Both the position numbers and the translations under genes were made by a program. From Eledone cirrhosa (taxonomy: Eukaryota): a stretch of DNA of 64,000 nucleotides. Under the pieces are notes generated by a model. The model made no database searches. It was given only the letters and a program-made list of their open reading frames with translations, and was not told the origin of the DNA. Positions 43,543-58,893 of this stretch are shown in pieces. The stretch covers positions 31,744,001-31,808,000 of the forward strand of contig OZ024744.1 in NCBI GenBank assembly GCA_964016885.1, given 5' to 3'. Within the stretch, counting starts at the first letter, position 1. Each line of letters opens with the position of its first letter.

Positions 43543-43690
43543 CGGCGAATTGGCAGAGTCGTTAGAACGTCCGATATAATACTTTGCTGTATTCGTTCCT
43601 GCTCTCTGAGTTCAAATCCCACCGAGGTCAACTTTGCCTTTCATCCTTTCGAGGTCGATAAAAAAAGTATCAGTCTAGTACTGGGGTGGA
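43543..43690 (+). mobile_element. Diverged tRNA/Nin SINE
   Basis: TGGCAGAGTCGTTAGA, GAGTTCAAATCC, CCTTTCATCCTTTCGAGGTCGATAAA. Confidence 0.75.
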
Positions 43691-44848
43691 TTCTTCCTCT
43701 ATATCTCTTTCTTATTTCTTCTCTCTCACTCTCTATCTTTCTCTGGAAGAAATCTTCTGTACTCAGGCCTGGAGAGGGATGAATTTCGACTGGCTTAAAA
43801 TGTCTAAGAAACGCCGTATTTCATTATGGCTCTCCTATGATTCTACCAGGAATTACAGGACCATACAATATATGTATTCTTTATTTCCTTTATTCTTGTA
43901 CTGCTTTCAATCATTAAACTGCGGCCATGCTGAGGCACCACCTTAAATTATTTAGTCGACCTTATCAATTTGCTGCTGCTGTTTCGCTACATGAAAGCTC
44001 TGTTTATGCAGACTTATTTAAAATCAAATGTCTTCTTTTACTTAGGCAGACTGAAGTTAAAACGACATTACCCAATTAAAATTAAAAGAATAAATGATTT
44101 GTGAGAGATGTCGCAGCTATTTCTAGCAGGAAAAATTACCTCATACAGACACCTTCAATAGATCAGCAATTAGGGCATGGTGTCGTTTATACCTTACATA
44201 CAATACCATGGTTGAATGGGTTGGAGGGTATGATATCAGTAAATAAAATATTTTCACCAGTAATAGTGTGTGTGGGGTGTGAGTGTATGTATGTTGTGTG
44301 TGTGTTCATCGAACAACTAGAACACTCATCGTGAATATCGACGGATGTCCATCGATGTACATCAACAACGACAACAAAAGTAGTTTGAGGTCATATTGAA
44401 CTGAGTGCATGTCAGCAAGTTCAAAAGGTCAAGAGATGACGCTATTCAACGTTAAGTCCTTTAAAATTCACAAACTCATTAACAAATTGATTGGGAGGAA
44501 AGGTGCTGCGACTCGTTCTCCGCCTCCAGCCTTGTCGTTTCGACCACAAACCCAGGCTCCACTGTCTGTAATACAGAGGAGAGGAAGATAGCTGAATACA
44601 GGGGCCTGTCTGAATACTGGTGTCCTTGGTCACCACATAACCACAGAGGAGAGGACCTCTGGTGTCCTTGGTCACCAAATTACCACAGAAGAGAGGAAGA
44701 CCTCTGGTGTTTTTGGTCCCCATATTATCACAGAGGAGGGGAAGATAGTTAAATACAGGGCCCTGAGTGACCACTTCCTCTTTCTACCTGTCCCTGTGGT
44801 GTCCTTGGTTATACTGCATATTTTCTGTCAGGTGGGGTGGATGTTGTA

Positions 44849-45466
44849 GCGGGTGTCTCTAGCCATTCTCCGTTGTAGTACCTTTGCTATTTTGTCCACG
44901 TGTTATATAGTTATCACCTTGATCACCTTGACCGACCAGTCTGTCGGGTGTCCATTCGGCGCCGCTGGTCACAGCACGTCGTGGTGTTTTAGCCATAAGA
45001 TAACGCCTCATAGTACCTCCTCATCTCATTTCTACAGCTGAGTAAACTGGAGCAACGTAAAAATAAAGTGTCTTGCTCAAGGAAACAACACATCACCCGG
45101 TCCGAGAATTGAACTCACAACCTATCCATTGCAATCCCAATGCTCTAACCACTTAGTGCTTAGTGGTTAGAGCATTGGGATTGCAATGGATAGGTTGTGA
45201 GTTCAATTCTCGGACCGGGTGATGTGTTGTTTCCTTGAGCAAGACACTTTATTTTTACGTTGCTCCAGTTTACTCAGCTGTAGAAATGAGATGAGGAGGT
45301 ACTATGAGGCGTTATCTTATGGCTAAAACACCACGACGTGCTGTGACCAGCGGCGCCGAATGGACACCCGATAGACTGGTCGGTCAAGGTGATCAAGGTG
45401 ATAACTATATAACACGTGGACAAAATAGCAAAGGTACTACAACGGAGAATGGCTAGAGACACCCGC
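44849..45466. mobile_element. Head-to-head inverted pair of a ~305-bp tRNA/CORE-type SINE
   Basis: Arms 44849-45153 and 45162-45466 are nearly perfect; TAGTGGTTAG A box, GAGTTCAATTC B box, CCTTGAGCAAGACACTT core. Confidence 0.85.
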
Positions 45467-45710
45467 CACATCACCACTACCATCACTACCACCTCCATAC
45501 CACCACCACCACCTCTACTGCCACCACATCACCACTGCTACCACCACCACCTCCATACCACCACCACACCACCACTACTACCACCACACCACCACCACTC
45601 CACTACAATCACCCCACCACTACCACCACACCACCATAACCGCCACCACACCACCACCACACCACCACTACTGCCACCACCACCACCACACCACCACTAG
45701 ACCACCATCA
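45467..45710. repeat. (CCA)n tract
   Basis: Direct reading. Confidence 0.9.
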
Positions 45711-45774
45711 CGCAAGAAGAAGAAGATAAAAGATAAAAGACCTGTTTTAGTAATGGAAGACAAGGATTATGGTA

Positions 45775-46470
45775 ACAAACAATGGTTTCAGATTAGGGTA
45801 GAAACCAACAATTTTAGCCGAGGTGAAAGTCGATTAAATCGTCCCCAGTGTGTGACTGGTGATTTATTTTATCAACCCCGTAAGCATAGAGTTACGGCTC
45901 TTTACGTTCCGGGTTCATATCTTTCCAAGATTAGTTTGCTTTTTATCCTTACGATAAATAAAGTACCAGGAACGTACTGGAGTCGAATTAATTGACTTCT
46001 CATTCCCACCCACCAAAAATATTGTTGGCCTTGTGCCTGAATCAAAAACCATTATTTATAAAGTAGAGCGGTAGTGCGTCGAAAAACATGCTTTACGGCA
46101 CATAATTACAGCCCTTTACGTTCTGAGTTTATATCCTGCCGTGGTTTGCTTTGCCTTTCATCATTATGGGGTCGATAAATAAAGTACCAGCTCCCACTGG
46201 GCTTCATTTAATAGCCCTGCAATTGTTTGCCTTGTGCCTAAATCAGAAACCAATATTTTAAAATATGGTGAATTGGCAGAATCGGTAGAGCGTCACGCAA
46301 TTTGGCAAGTATTTATTTTGACATTTTACGTTCTGAGTTCAAATCCCACCGAAGTCAACTTTACCTTTTTATCCCTCCGTTAAAAATCAAGAACTGAGAT
46401 CGATATAATCGCTTTTCCTCTTCTTTCCCCGAAATTGCTGGCTCTGTGTCACAATTAGAAGTCCTTATTT
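45775..46470 (+). mobile_element. Tandem array of diverged SINEs
   Basis: Three successive head/Nin/tail matches. Confidence 0.7.
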
Positions 46471-46930
46471 CTCTTTATAAAAGAGTTGACAGTGAATGGA
46501 TATTAGTAACTGATTTGACTCAGTCGTACCCCTAACACTTACCCCTAACCCACATTAACCTTGAACGTTATTTTTTTCTTTTTATTTCAAATAAAGTTGT
46601 TCGAACTTTTAACCTCTCACGTTTTGTCATCAATCACCCTAAATAGGAGCCTATGAATAAAATATATTTTTGTTACTTGTTAACTTATTTGAAATTAATC
46701 AGACCGAGCCGTTAACCACACCTCACCAGTCACTTACTCTTATATTGACAGCCAATAAAGCAATAACTAATTGTTCACAAAATACGTATTTATTTATTCA
46801 TAAATAATATATATATATATATACATAGTCTATATATATATATATATATGGAAACTCTATATATATATATATATATATTTAGGTTTGTTGGTTCACCACT
46901 GGATAGAACTGGTCATTATATATATATATA

Positions 46931-47128
46931 GCGGTGGTTTGGCAGTATCGGTAGAGGGTCGGACACCATGCTTTGCAGCAAAGAGTTACGGCCCTTGCCA
47001 TTCTGAGTTCAAATCCCGCCGAGGTTAACTTTGTCTTTCATCCTTACGGGGTTGATAAAATAAAGTACCAGTAATACACTGTGATAATTGCTGGCCTTGT
47101 GCCAAAATGTAGAAACGTAGAAACAATT
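46931..47128 (+). mobile_element. OR-type SINE
   Basis: Consensus match. Confidence 0.85.
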
Positions 47129-47171
47129 ATATATATACATATACGAAGCTCACATGCTGACGGAATATAGC

Positions 47172-47521
<350 letters not shown>

Positions 47522-47577
47522 CTCTTTTACTATTTTACCTGTTTCAGCCACCCGGCTGAGGCCATGCTTATATATAT

Positions 47578-48391
<814 letters not shown>

Positions 48392-48536
48392 TATTTATTA
48401 AAATAACAGATTAAAGTTTAAGCAAAGAATCGCTGCTTTCAGCCTTAACGGGATCTTCTGAAACTAATAAAGTCAATCTGTAAACGCAGAACTGGATATT
48501 TCAAAAAACGTTAGTCTTCAATTTTATTATTATTAC

Positions 48537-48594
<58 letters not shown>

Positions 48595-49085
48595 TGGCTG
48601 CCAACTCCTTTTCGAGTACGGCCACTACTTTATATCCATGTAGGAGAACCCCTACCGATGCGCTGAACAAGTGTGACTTTTTAGTCCAGCCAGCGACTTG
48701 AAAACTCTGGTACAAACACTACACTTGTGACAATTATTGACACATAGTGCTGGGCCCATGATACCATGTGACGACAAGTGCAGAGAGATCTCCAGATATA
48801 AAGCAATGCCTGTGCCGTGAAGCTTTTATAGTGAGCAAAGGCACTGCACAAAGCCAGTCCCACTATCTTAACCAAGATGATATTTACCAAAAAGAAGAAC
48901 AAGTCAACATCATTGGATACCATCAGGGTTGCAGGTGTTATATCAGAGTTTTCCTTCTCCTAGAATTCTGCCTTGACAAAGGCTAAGGGGTCATCTCTCC
49001 CGGACATGACATATACACACATACACACACATATTTATATATATATACCGTATATATATATATATATACACACACACGCACACGC

Positions 49086-49156
<71 letters not shown>

Positions 49157-49899
49157 GTCAATCGATCGACTTTCGTCAAATCGGACCGAGGAAACAATGT
49201 TTCGATGGGTCTTTCCAATTGCTAATACTATCTATCAGTCGCAACTCCAGGGAGAAGAAACAACGTGAAATAATGTGTCTTGCTCAAGGAAACAACGCAT
49301 TACTCAACAACAGAAGGTGGGGAATCCATTACGCCCTGATTATATTTGTTTGCATTCAACTTTAAAATCGGCTGCCGTTGTTAGATCCTGAATACCCATA
49401 GTCAGAATATATGAAAACAACAAACAAAGCAAGTTTCAAAATCGAAACTAATTTGTAACAACTCTTTCAATGCACCTCCAATGCCATCCTCCGGGACAAC
49501 ACTTTCTCCACTCTCTTCTCTTCTTCACTGGGACGACGTGGCGGCCTGCGCCTGTGGCTCTGCAGGCCACAAAACTCTTCCAACACCGTTCGGGTCCCTA
49601 TCTTTAGAGTAGCGACGTTCGAGTACACTTTTGGAATTGCACACAATCTAACCACACCATACTTTCCTATCCATCATCTACAATTATTGGAACACAATAA
49701 ATAGAATATAATCATTATTTAGATCAGAGGTTCTCAAAGTGGGCATGGAGAAGGTCCAGAGGAGGGGAGATAATGGGTGGTAGAGATGATATAATAGTAT
49801 ATTAAATATCAAATGATACATATATATATATATATATATATATAAACGTTTGAATATGTGTAATAAGGCCAAGACAATGCAGGTATGGACATAGAAAAA

Positions 49900-51780
49900 A
49901 GAATGCAATAGTGAAAGATATTGATGTGAATTCGTCTTTCACCTTGAATTTATTTAAATGTCCTTAATTTTCGAGATAATATCTCTTCTTCGGAGGGAAG
50001 TAAAGGTCTCAAACCAGCGTCTTTAAATCTCTAGCTAAGCCATGCTGACCGGAAATAGTATAGAGTATCTGTTCTAACTCTAATATCAAAGAATTAAAAT
50101 TAGGTGGATAAAGAGTAGTCTCCCTTTAAGAGGGTTTGTTTAGGGTTTTTTTTAAATTTTTATTTTTATTTTATATACGTGCCTGTATATGTGTGTGGGA
50201 GAATGCATGAAGGTGTAGGTATGTGGGTGGGTGTGTGTGAGTGTGGGAAGATAGATCTAATCGTAAAAGTGGGGGGTAGGTGTTATCTGGTGTTAGAACT
50301 GGTTTTGTGTGTGTATGTGTGAGAGAGAATAAGTGGAGGTGTAAGCGTGTGTGTGTGCGCGTGCGTGTGTGTGGGGTGTGTAAAAATGGGGTTAGAGGCC
50401 CTATCAGGTTATAAATTGGGTGATGAGCTCTAGTCTATTATTGATTGGTGGATGTGTTCTATCTATAATAAGTGCTTCCTTAATTCTAAGATTGCCGAGG
50501 TTTCTTTCCTTAGTTTCTATCCTAACTGTTATGTTTTTATCGGTGTTTTTGCATTTAACTAGGTGTTTCTTAAATGAGGAAGCGTTAGTATTGAGGTGTT
50601 CTTTTATTCTTATGTGGAGTGGTCTGGTGGTGCTACCTACGTAGAAGTTGTTGCATTTGTCACACTCTAGTCTGTATACTACGTAAGCCTGGTGGCATAG
50701 GTCTGTGTCGTTGATGGGGCAGTTGGCTAGTCTGCAGCAGTTGTCATGTCTGGTGGAGTGTCTCTTGGCCAGCCGTCCGCGCAGAGAAGGACCCGAGTGG
50801 GCCAGTTGGATATCCAGTCCCTTTCGTCTGATGGCTCTGCGGATGGCTGTTGTTGTTTCTTCACTGAAGTGTGGGAGCTTCAGGAAGCAAGTGTTAGTGC
50901 CTCGGGTGTGGTGTCCTCTGTTCTTTCTGGCACGGTTTGTGGTGGATGTCGTGTATCCGTTCAGTTTGAGTACTTCCAGGAAATGTGTGGTGTGTGTGTC
51001 TCGGTCTCTGGCGTCGGTGCATTTGTTCTTGATACGTGCCAGTTCGTTCTTTATGTATCCGAACTTGGCACCGAGTGGGAGGGCCGATCTGAAATGTACG
51101 AACAGGTCCCTGCTGGCGGATTTTTTATAGAAGCAGGTGTGGATGTTGCCTTCCTCTGTTACCCTGAGTTGGAAGTCCAGTAGGGATAGGGATCCGCGGT
51201 CATCAGGGTGTTCCATGCTGAACTTTATACTGGCGTCCATGCTGGAGAATGTTGTGTATATTTTCTCTGCCTCCTCACGGGATGATGTAAGGATGAGTAT
51301 GTCATCTACATATCGGGTGAAGAAGGCATGGGAATGGCAGGTGTTGAGGGCTCGGCATTCTAGCTGGTTCATGTAGGTGATGGCCAGCAGGCCCGAAAGG
51401 CTGGATCCCATGGGTAATCCTGTTGTCTGTCTGTATGTGTGGTGGTGGAAGGTGAAGTACGTGTTGTCTACTGTGAAGGACAAAAGCTGGTGTATGTCCG
51501 TCGGGTGGAGGCCGTAGCAGTGGATGTTCTCTGCGACCACGCAGTCCGTCAATAAATCGACAGCTGGGTGAGCGGGGACTGTAGTGTAGAGGGAGACAAC
51601 GTCGAGGCTAAAAGCGTATTTATTTAGTTTAAGTTGTTCTGGCTGGAGTTGGTGTAATCTACGTATAACTTCGTCGGAGCTACTGACATGTCCGGGGAAG
51701 GTGGAGAGTAGAGGCTTGAGGACCTGGGAGAGAAGCCAGGAAATTTTGTATAGGGGTCCTTCTATGCTAGAGACGATGGG
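49900..51780 (-). mobile_element. Penelope-like element, 5'-truncated (ORF to 50404: RT + GIY-YIG)
   Basis: PIVSSIEGPLYKISWLL, SLDVVSLYTTVP, GLPMGSSLS, RYVDD, YVGSTTR..RIKEH; homologous to 728-2641. Confidence 0.93.
49962..49996 (-). ncRNA. Minimal hammerhead variant (U4C) in PLE 3' end
   Basis: CCT-CCGAAGA-A-GAGA tatta TCTC-GAAA-AT-TA-AGG, AATAAA downstream. Confidence 0.6.
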
Positions 51781-52796
51781 TATTATTATTATGTTGCCAA
51801 TTATATTATTTATTATATATAAATTAACAATTTTATTTATTATATATTATTTACAATTTGTTTGTAGGGAGGTCTCTCTGGAAATAGGGGTGGAGGCTGG
51901 GGGTATTACGTGGCCATGAAATTTGCACATTTTTGTAGATTTTTTTCTGAATTCATCAACCCATTTTATTTATTTTGTGACCCAGAAATGCGTCGGACGG
52001 GCCACGTAGTTTGAAAAGAAATCCCTGCTTTATGGGACGAACGAAGAGTGTGAGGGAAAATTGACCCTTGATAGCCAAGTCTAGTGTATAAACTTGGATA
52101 AACAGATACTGTATAGAACCCTATCAGATTGATAACACTTCTTCTTGGCTGATCATTCGGTATCAAACTACAAATGTGTATTTTGGCGGGGCCCACTATG
52201 TTAACATTTAGATCCTGATCTACAAATGACAACTTACAAGTTGTAATTTCTTCCTCTATTTTCCCCAATTTCAGTGTCCCTACAAAATTGTTAATGGGCG
52301 TTTCCCTTCCTCTCGTGACTGGGCCATGACGAAAACTAAAATAAAATACAATAAAATAAAATAGAATATTTCAGACAGGTCTAAGTGTGGATGTAGTTTG
52401 AGTTGATACCATCTTTAGTTTCAGATCTGAATCAATATTAAAGAAGTATTTCTGCCCCATAAGAATAGTTCTGAATATGAGGAGGTCCACGTTGAATGAA
52501 TAGTTATTGAAAATTACCCATCATATAGAGATTAGTGATGTGTCCTCTCTCCCCTTCCCATCTTTAGATGGGTGTCTGTCATTGTGACGAGCCATGTCTT
52601 GTGACTCTGGTTAATATAAAGAAAGAAGAGGAAGACGAGGCGGAGGATTCTAACATCTTAATTACCATCACAGTAGGATCTTCCTCAACTATCATTATTA
52701 ATGTGCAGAAAAAACATTATTATTATTGTTTTTGTTTTTATTATTGTTACTGTAAAAGTAATGCGCTCGATTCAGTAAATCCTAGAGAGACTTCAT

Positions 52797-52901
<105 letters not shown>

Positions 52902-53209
52902 GAGAGAGAGATTGAGAAGAGGTTATTGAGTTCATTATGGAGGTAGACCATCAGCTTGGTTGGCTGTATATAATTGGATATATTCTCAGCACCTTTGCCA
53001 CACCTCGCTATTTCTGGAAGGTGACAAACAGACAGACAGACTGACAAACTGCTGAACCACTACTATATATCTCTCTCTCTCTATATATATATATAAGTGG
53101 TAACACAACAGTTATTTCACCATACCGAGAACAAATATATGTGTGTGTGTGTGTGTGTGTGTGAATTTGTTTTGCAAGGTTTTTGATATGAAATCGTGTG
53201 TCGAAACAA

Positions 53210-54200
53210 ATATTGTTATACTCGGGGAGGGTCATATTGTTGTAATATTCCCAGAAATAATAACAGAACACACTCACTGTTGGGTTGGTTTTCACTTCTG
53301 TATCTTTTATATCTCCATAGTTAATTTATCTGGCAATCAATGTTTATCATAAAATGAACGCCCAGATAAACGGTAAAACTAGAAATGTAGTCTATAGTAT
53401 AAGATGTACAGAGGGTACTTGCAGAAACATGACAATGACATACATAGGTGAGACAGCTCGAAGCAAAGGAGAAAGAATAGACCAACACTGGGGGGAACTA
53501 AAAGGACGAAAAAACGGTTCAGTACTATATGAACACGCTAGACATAGACATGGCGGTAATATAGACAACATAGTAGTTAAAATAATATCTAAACATAGAA
53601 ATGACTCAACAGGTAGGCAAATCAGAGAAGCAACTGAGATAGAACTAAGAAGACCGAAGTTGAACAGAACGACCGAATGGAATAACAACAACAACCATAC
53701 CCAAACAAACACTACTGACTTAAAGGAAATATAAATAAATAAATAAATAAATATATGCATAAGTACAATAACAACAAACACATATAAACACACACTGGTG
53801 AACAAAGATAGAATACAAAATCAAAAACACGTAGAGTCAAACGCGAACACACAAAAGTAAATGCATGCACAGGGACAGAGACAAGAATAAATAAATTAAT
53901 TAATAAAAATAAAAATGGCATAGACATTACAGTAGAATACAATACAATAGGAGGAAACATAATAGTACCACTGATGAAGATGCAGATGTGCAGCGAAAGA
54001 ACTTTGTTAGACTATATATATATGTTTATATCTATATTATATCTGTATTTTTAACCGCTGGTCAATCAATGTTAAACATTGATTGCCAAATAAATTAACT
54101 ATGGAGATATAAAAGATACAGAAGTGAAAACCAACCCAACAGTGAGTGTATTCTGTTATTATTTCTGGCAATATTACAACAATATGACCCTCCCCAAGTA

Positions 54201-54204
<4 letters not shown>
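53210..54204 (+). mobile_element. 5'-truncated PLE (GIY-YIG remnant 53354-53734) with inverted tail at 5' end and HHR-like motif 53968-54010
   Basis: NVVYSIRC..YIGETARS..ERIDQH..RQIREA..PKLNR; 53210-53346 is the inverse of ~54068-54204; CTGATGA-A-GATGCA gatg TGCAGC-GAAA. Confidence 0.85.
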
Positions 54205-54275
<71 letters not shown>

Positions 54276-54277
<2 letters not shown>

Positions 54278-54446
54278 CGAAGGAAGTATGGTAAGGAACC
54301 AGGTGGACCATAACGCACCAGAGTACTCGATACTTTGGGTAGTAGAGTGGGTAATAGGAAAATGTTCAGGACCCCGACGGCAGCTCTCAAGCCGTTTCGA
54401 CGGCTATTTCTGTCCAGCTCTGCCGTCGGGATTCTGAACATTTTCC

Positions 54447-54447
<1 letters not shown>
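54276..54447 (-). mobile_element. Fold-back HHR-half element, internally deleted
   Basis: Family of 8614/57725. Confidence 0.7.
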
Positions 54448-54511
<64 letters not shown>

Positions 54512-54526
54512 ATATATATATGTATG

Positions 54527-54594
<68 letters not shown>

Positions 54595-54599
54595 ATATG

Positions 54600-54631
<32 letters not shown>

Positions 54632-54886
54632 TATAATCGTTTTTCTTGCCTCCCTTTTTCTCCTCCCTCCCTCTCTCTCCCTTTTAGATTATTAGTTTAC
54701 CTTAATATGTAGGTGATGACTCTCCCACCCGAATACATTTTAAATATCGTTTGCACAGTGAATAAAATATACAAACACACAAACTCACGCATGACTACAG
54801 GTTTACACATACAGAGTCACGCATGTATACACACACAGTCACACATTTACAGACACACACATACACACACACTCACACATTTACAG

Positions 54887-54918
<32 letters not shown>

Positions 54919-55329
54919 ACATATGAAATTAAGCACACATATACATTGACATACACATAAAAAAGCAACCATTTAGACATTTTCTTACCTTTTTCATCTT
55001 CTTTTTGCCCACTTATTCCTGAGAGGTTCGTGAGGGGTGAGTCATCAAACACTCCCTCCAGCGGATCCTGTCAGCAGCAACCGTCTCCAATTTATCCAGC
55101 TGGATCCTCAAGCGTGACCATGCCGAGAATGTCTAAGGAAAGAATCGCTGGACATATTTTTCCGGGTAAAAACCAACATGCAAGAGACCCAGGAACAAAA
55201 TAGACTCCGAACAAAATGTTTGAATAATATTCATTTGGTTTCCAACTAGTATATTACTGATACTATATTTCATAAGATGGATGGGGAAGTCAGGAATATT
55301 AGCAGCAGAATGGTTGTTAGTTACAAATT

Positions 55330-56217
55330 CGATCCGACTACGAAAAATATTGATTTCTAATTTAGGCACATGGCCAACAATTTTTGTGGAGGCGGGGAAT
55401 GTAAAGTTGATTGAATTCTTCCCCAGTATATGGCTGGTACTGAAAAATATTGTATCCGATGCTGTATATAGATACTAGTAATTGACTGCAATTCGCTGAT
55501 GATCACACTGAAAATACTGGTTCCGTTCAATAACAACCGCATTAATGGTAATAATTGTTCTACTTTTAGCACAAGGCAAACATTTTAAAGGGAAAATCGA
55601 TTATATTGACTCCAGTGCATTACTGGTACATTTTTTAGTGACGCCGAAAGGCAAATCTAACTTCTATGGGATTTGAACTCAGAACTTAAAGAGCTGTAAC
55701 TATATGTCGCAAAGCATGGTGTCCGACGCTCTATCGATTACTGCCAACTCATGCTACTAACATTGATGATAATAATTAAGTTTTATTGAGGCACAAAGCC
55801 AGAAATTTTAGGGAAAGGGAAAGTCGATTAAATTGACACCAGTACATTACTGGTACTTTATTCTATCGACCCCGTAAGGATGAAAGGCAAAGCTAACCTC
55901 GGCGGTATTTAAACTCAGAATGTAATGGACCGCAGCTATATGCTGCAAAACATGGTGTCCAACACTTTACGGATACTGCCAACCCACTAATATTGATGAT
56001 AATAATACTCATGATGGTTATTATAAAGATATAATAATAATTGTTTCTACTTTTGGCACAAGGCCAGCAAATACCCAGTACATTACTGGTACTGTATTTT
56101 ATCGATCCCGTAAGGATGAAAGGCAAAGTTAACCTCGGCGGGATTTGAATTCAGAATGGCAAGGGCCGTAACTATGCGTCAAAGCATGGCGTCCGACCCC
56201 CTACCGATACTGCCAAA
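55330..56217 (-). mobile_element. Head-to-tail SINE array (about 4 copies)
   Basis: Successive minus-strand SINEs separated by (AAT)-rich tails. Confidence 0.8.
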
Positions 56218-56229
56218 TAATAATATTAA

Positions 56230-57125
56230 TAATGATTTCATTCATTGGCCACAAGAGCCGACATGTAGGGGACAATACAAAGACAGAGACAGTGGGGTTT
56301 TACAATAAGGTCGAGTAAAAGTGAACAATGGCAAGACTAATTTAACAATGAAGATATAAAAATATAAAATAAACTATGCATAAATATGACAAAATAAATT
56401 CCCCTATAGGGGGTAGAAGACCCAGGGGTGACTCGGGTACCCCACCAATCCTGAATCACCCTGCGCTTCTAGGGCACCCAGGGAAAGCACCCCTCTCCTC
56501 AAGTTAGCTAGCCTATAGGCACATGGTCAGAGGAGACCCATTCACACGAGCCATTCTCGCCACATTCACCCACCTTTTAGAAAATGTACTGGGGGGGGGG
56601 GGGGCAGCACTTCTCTCTCCACCCTCACCTTCCTTTCCAGGTGAAACTTGAAGAAGTTGATGAGGGATTGGCCGAAGAGAAAAGTGTCTGTCTTCAATCC
56701 TTTTAATCTGCTCCACCATATAACCTCTTTCGCAACTGCCACCAGACAGAGGAAAATTTCCTGCTCTTCCTGACCTAAGGAAGGCGGCGGGTCGATCTTC
56801 ACTAAGGACTCGGCCGATAGCCGGATCAGTTTCATACGCGACAGTAGCTGTTCGACATAACTCCACAAGTCAGTAATGCGCGGACACTGAACGAGTGCGT
56901 GCAGAACGGTTTCGTCGTTCTGTGCGTATCTCTGGCAGGTCCGTCTGACAGCACTTCCGTGTCTGTAGATTTTATCCCGAGCCGGCATTGACCCACGGTA
57001 GCACTGCCATTATAGGGATTTCTGGAAATTGTCCATCCGTCCTCTGGAACAGACTAGTCAGTTCGACCTCGTCGAGGCCCAAAGCTTCTCCCAGTGCGTC
57101 ATGGTATTTGCCCACCACTAGTCCT
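56230..57125 (-). mobile_element. Tx1-clade LINE 3' fragment
   Basis: C..ETVLHALVQCP; near identity to 17080-17980. Confidence 0.88.
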
Positions 57126-57302
57126 CGAGTAGAGTCACTCCAGGTAGAGCTGTGACTTCTCCGAATTGAGAGATCACAGCTTTGATACTATGGACATGTT
57201 GTTAGAATGTCTCTGGAAAGAACCACTGGACATATTTTACGGGCGAAACTAACCGAGAGGAGACCCAGATGTAGACCCCAAGCAAGGAATAAGTAGGCAG
57301 AG

Positions 57303-57498
57303 GAGAAGAAGAAGAAGAAGAAGAAGAAGAAGAAGAAGAAGAAGAAGAAGAAGAAGAAGAAGAAGAAGAAGAAGAAGAAGAAGGAGGAGGAGGAGGAGGA
57401 GGAGGAGAAGAAGAAGAAGAAGAAGAAGAAGAAGAAGAAGAAGAAGAAGAAGAAGAAGAAGAAGAAGAAGAAGAAGAAGAAGAAGAAGAAGAAGAAGA
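57303..57498. repeat. (GAA)n/(GGA)n microsatellite
   Basis: Direct reading. Confidence 0.98.
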
Positions 57499-57672
57499 TT
57501 TCGAGTTACACAAATGTTTCCGTGAACCAAATTTAACTCAATGAGTATGTTAGACGATATTCGATTTAGGTTTCACGTAGTGGAAACAAGTACACACACA
57601 CCCACACATGAAATTGTGCGCTAAATAACCGAAGTGTACGATGAATTTATATGTGTATATATATTATATGAG

Positions 57673-57724
<52 letters not shown>

Positions 57725-57728
<4 letters not shown>

Positions 57729-57920
57729 AAAAAGTATGACCCCGACGGCAGAGCTCAAGCCGTTTCGACGGCTATTTCTGGACTCAGAAATAGCCGTCGA
57801 AACGACTTGAGCTCTGCCGTCGGGGTCATACTTTTTCCTATTTCCCACTCTACTACCCTAAGTATTGAGTACTCTGGTGCGTTATGGTCCATCTGGTTCC
57901 TTACCACAATTCCTTTGTTA
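57725..57920 (+). mobile_element. Fold-back HHR-half element
   Basis: GACGGCTATTTCTG gact CAGAAATAGCCGTC-GAAAC..GCCGTC-GGGGTC. Confidence 0.75.
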
Positions 57921-58387
57921 TATAAAAACAAATACGTAGTGGAATCAAGTACACACACCCACACCCACACATGAAATTGTGCGCTAAATAACCGAAGTGT
58001 ACGATGAATTTATATGTGTATATGTTATATGAGTATTTATATATATATATATATATATATAACAAAGCAATTAAGCGTCAGTCATACTGACGCTTAATTG
58101 CTTATGACTGACGCTTAATTGCTTTGTTATATATATATATATATATAAATACTCATATAACATATACACATATAAATTCATCGTACACTTCGGTTATTTA
58201 GCGCACAATTTCATGTGTGGGTGTGGGTGTGTGTACTTGATTCCACTACGTTCTTATTTTTATTTTTATTTTTATTTGTACTTTTTAAAAATTTCCTTTA
58301 CTCTCTAAAAAAATTGTTCCCCCCCCTTTTTAATGTCTTTCCCCCACTCCCCCACACACCATCGGAACTCTCTTCCTACCCACTGTT

Positions 58388-58422
58388 CTCCTGATGAAGG
58401 GCTTATACCCGAAACATCGTTC
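58388..58422 (+). ncRNA. Degenerate hammerhead core (solo pLTR-like)
   Basis: CTGATGA-A-GGG cttata CCC-GAAAC atc GT; helix I not formed. Confidence 0.45.
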
Positions 58423-58503
58423 CTCACTCTCCACTCTCAAGCATGAAACTAAAAACCATATCATTTGTACTGCCTCTCAGTTATTTGTTCTCTGTTCATT
58501 TAT

Positions 58504-58552
<49 letters not shown>

Positions 58553-58893
58553 GTAACCGTATCAGCGTGAATATTTATATTAATTAAACATTGAGTATTT
58601 CGCGAATTTTTCTGTAAATTGAATTGGTTATCGAACCTTTGTCTAGCCTCAACGGGCAGGCAGCGCTTTGGCTTGTGTCAGGCGTGGTAACCTAGGGTGG
58701 ACTAGGAATACCGTCGGTAGGGGTAAAAAATGCCAAAGTCCATCTCGACGGCTGACGACTTTGGGGTGCTGTGTCTTTCGTTTTTTTTTAATTATTATTT
58801 TTTAAAATATTTATATTTCTCCTTGAAAAAAAAAATGTCTCGTTCTGCCTTGTTTGCGTTCGTTGTCTTCTCTTTATTAACTTTCCTAATTTA

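Noticed and set aside
44575-44810. ~41-bp degenerate tandem repeat as a coding repeat
   Set aside because: Few irregular units; no supportable product
51966-52560. Short minus-strand ORF or viral remnant
   Set aside because: No recognisable motif
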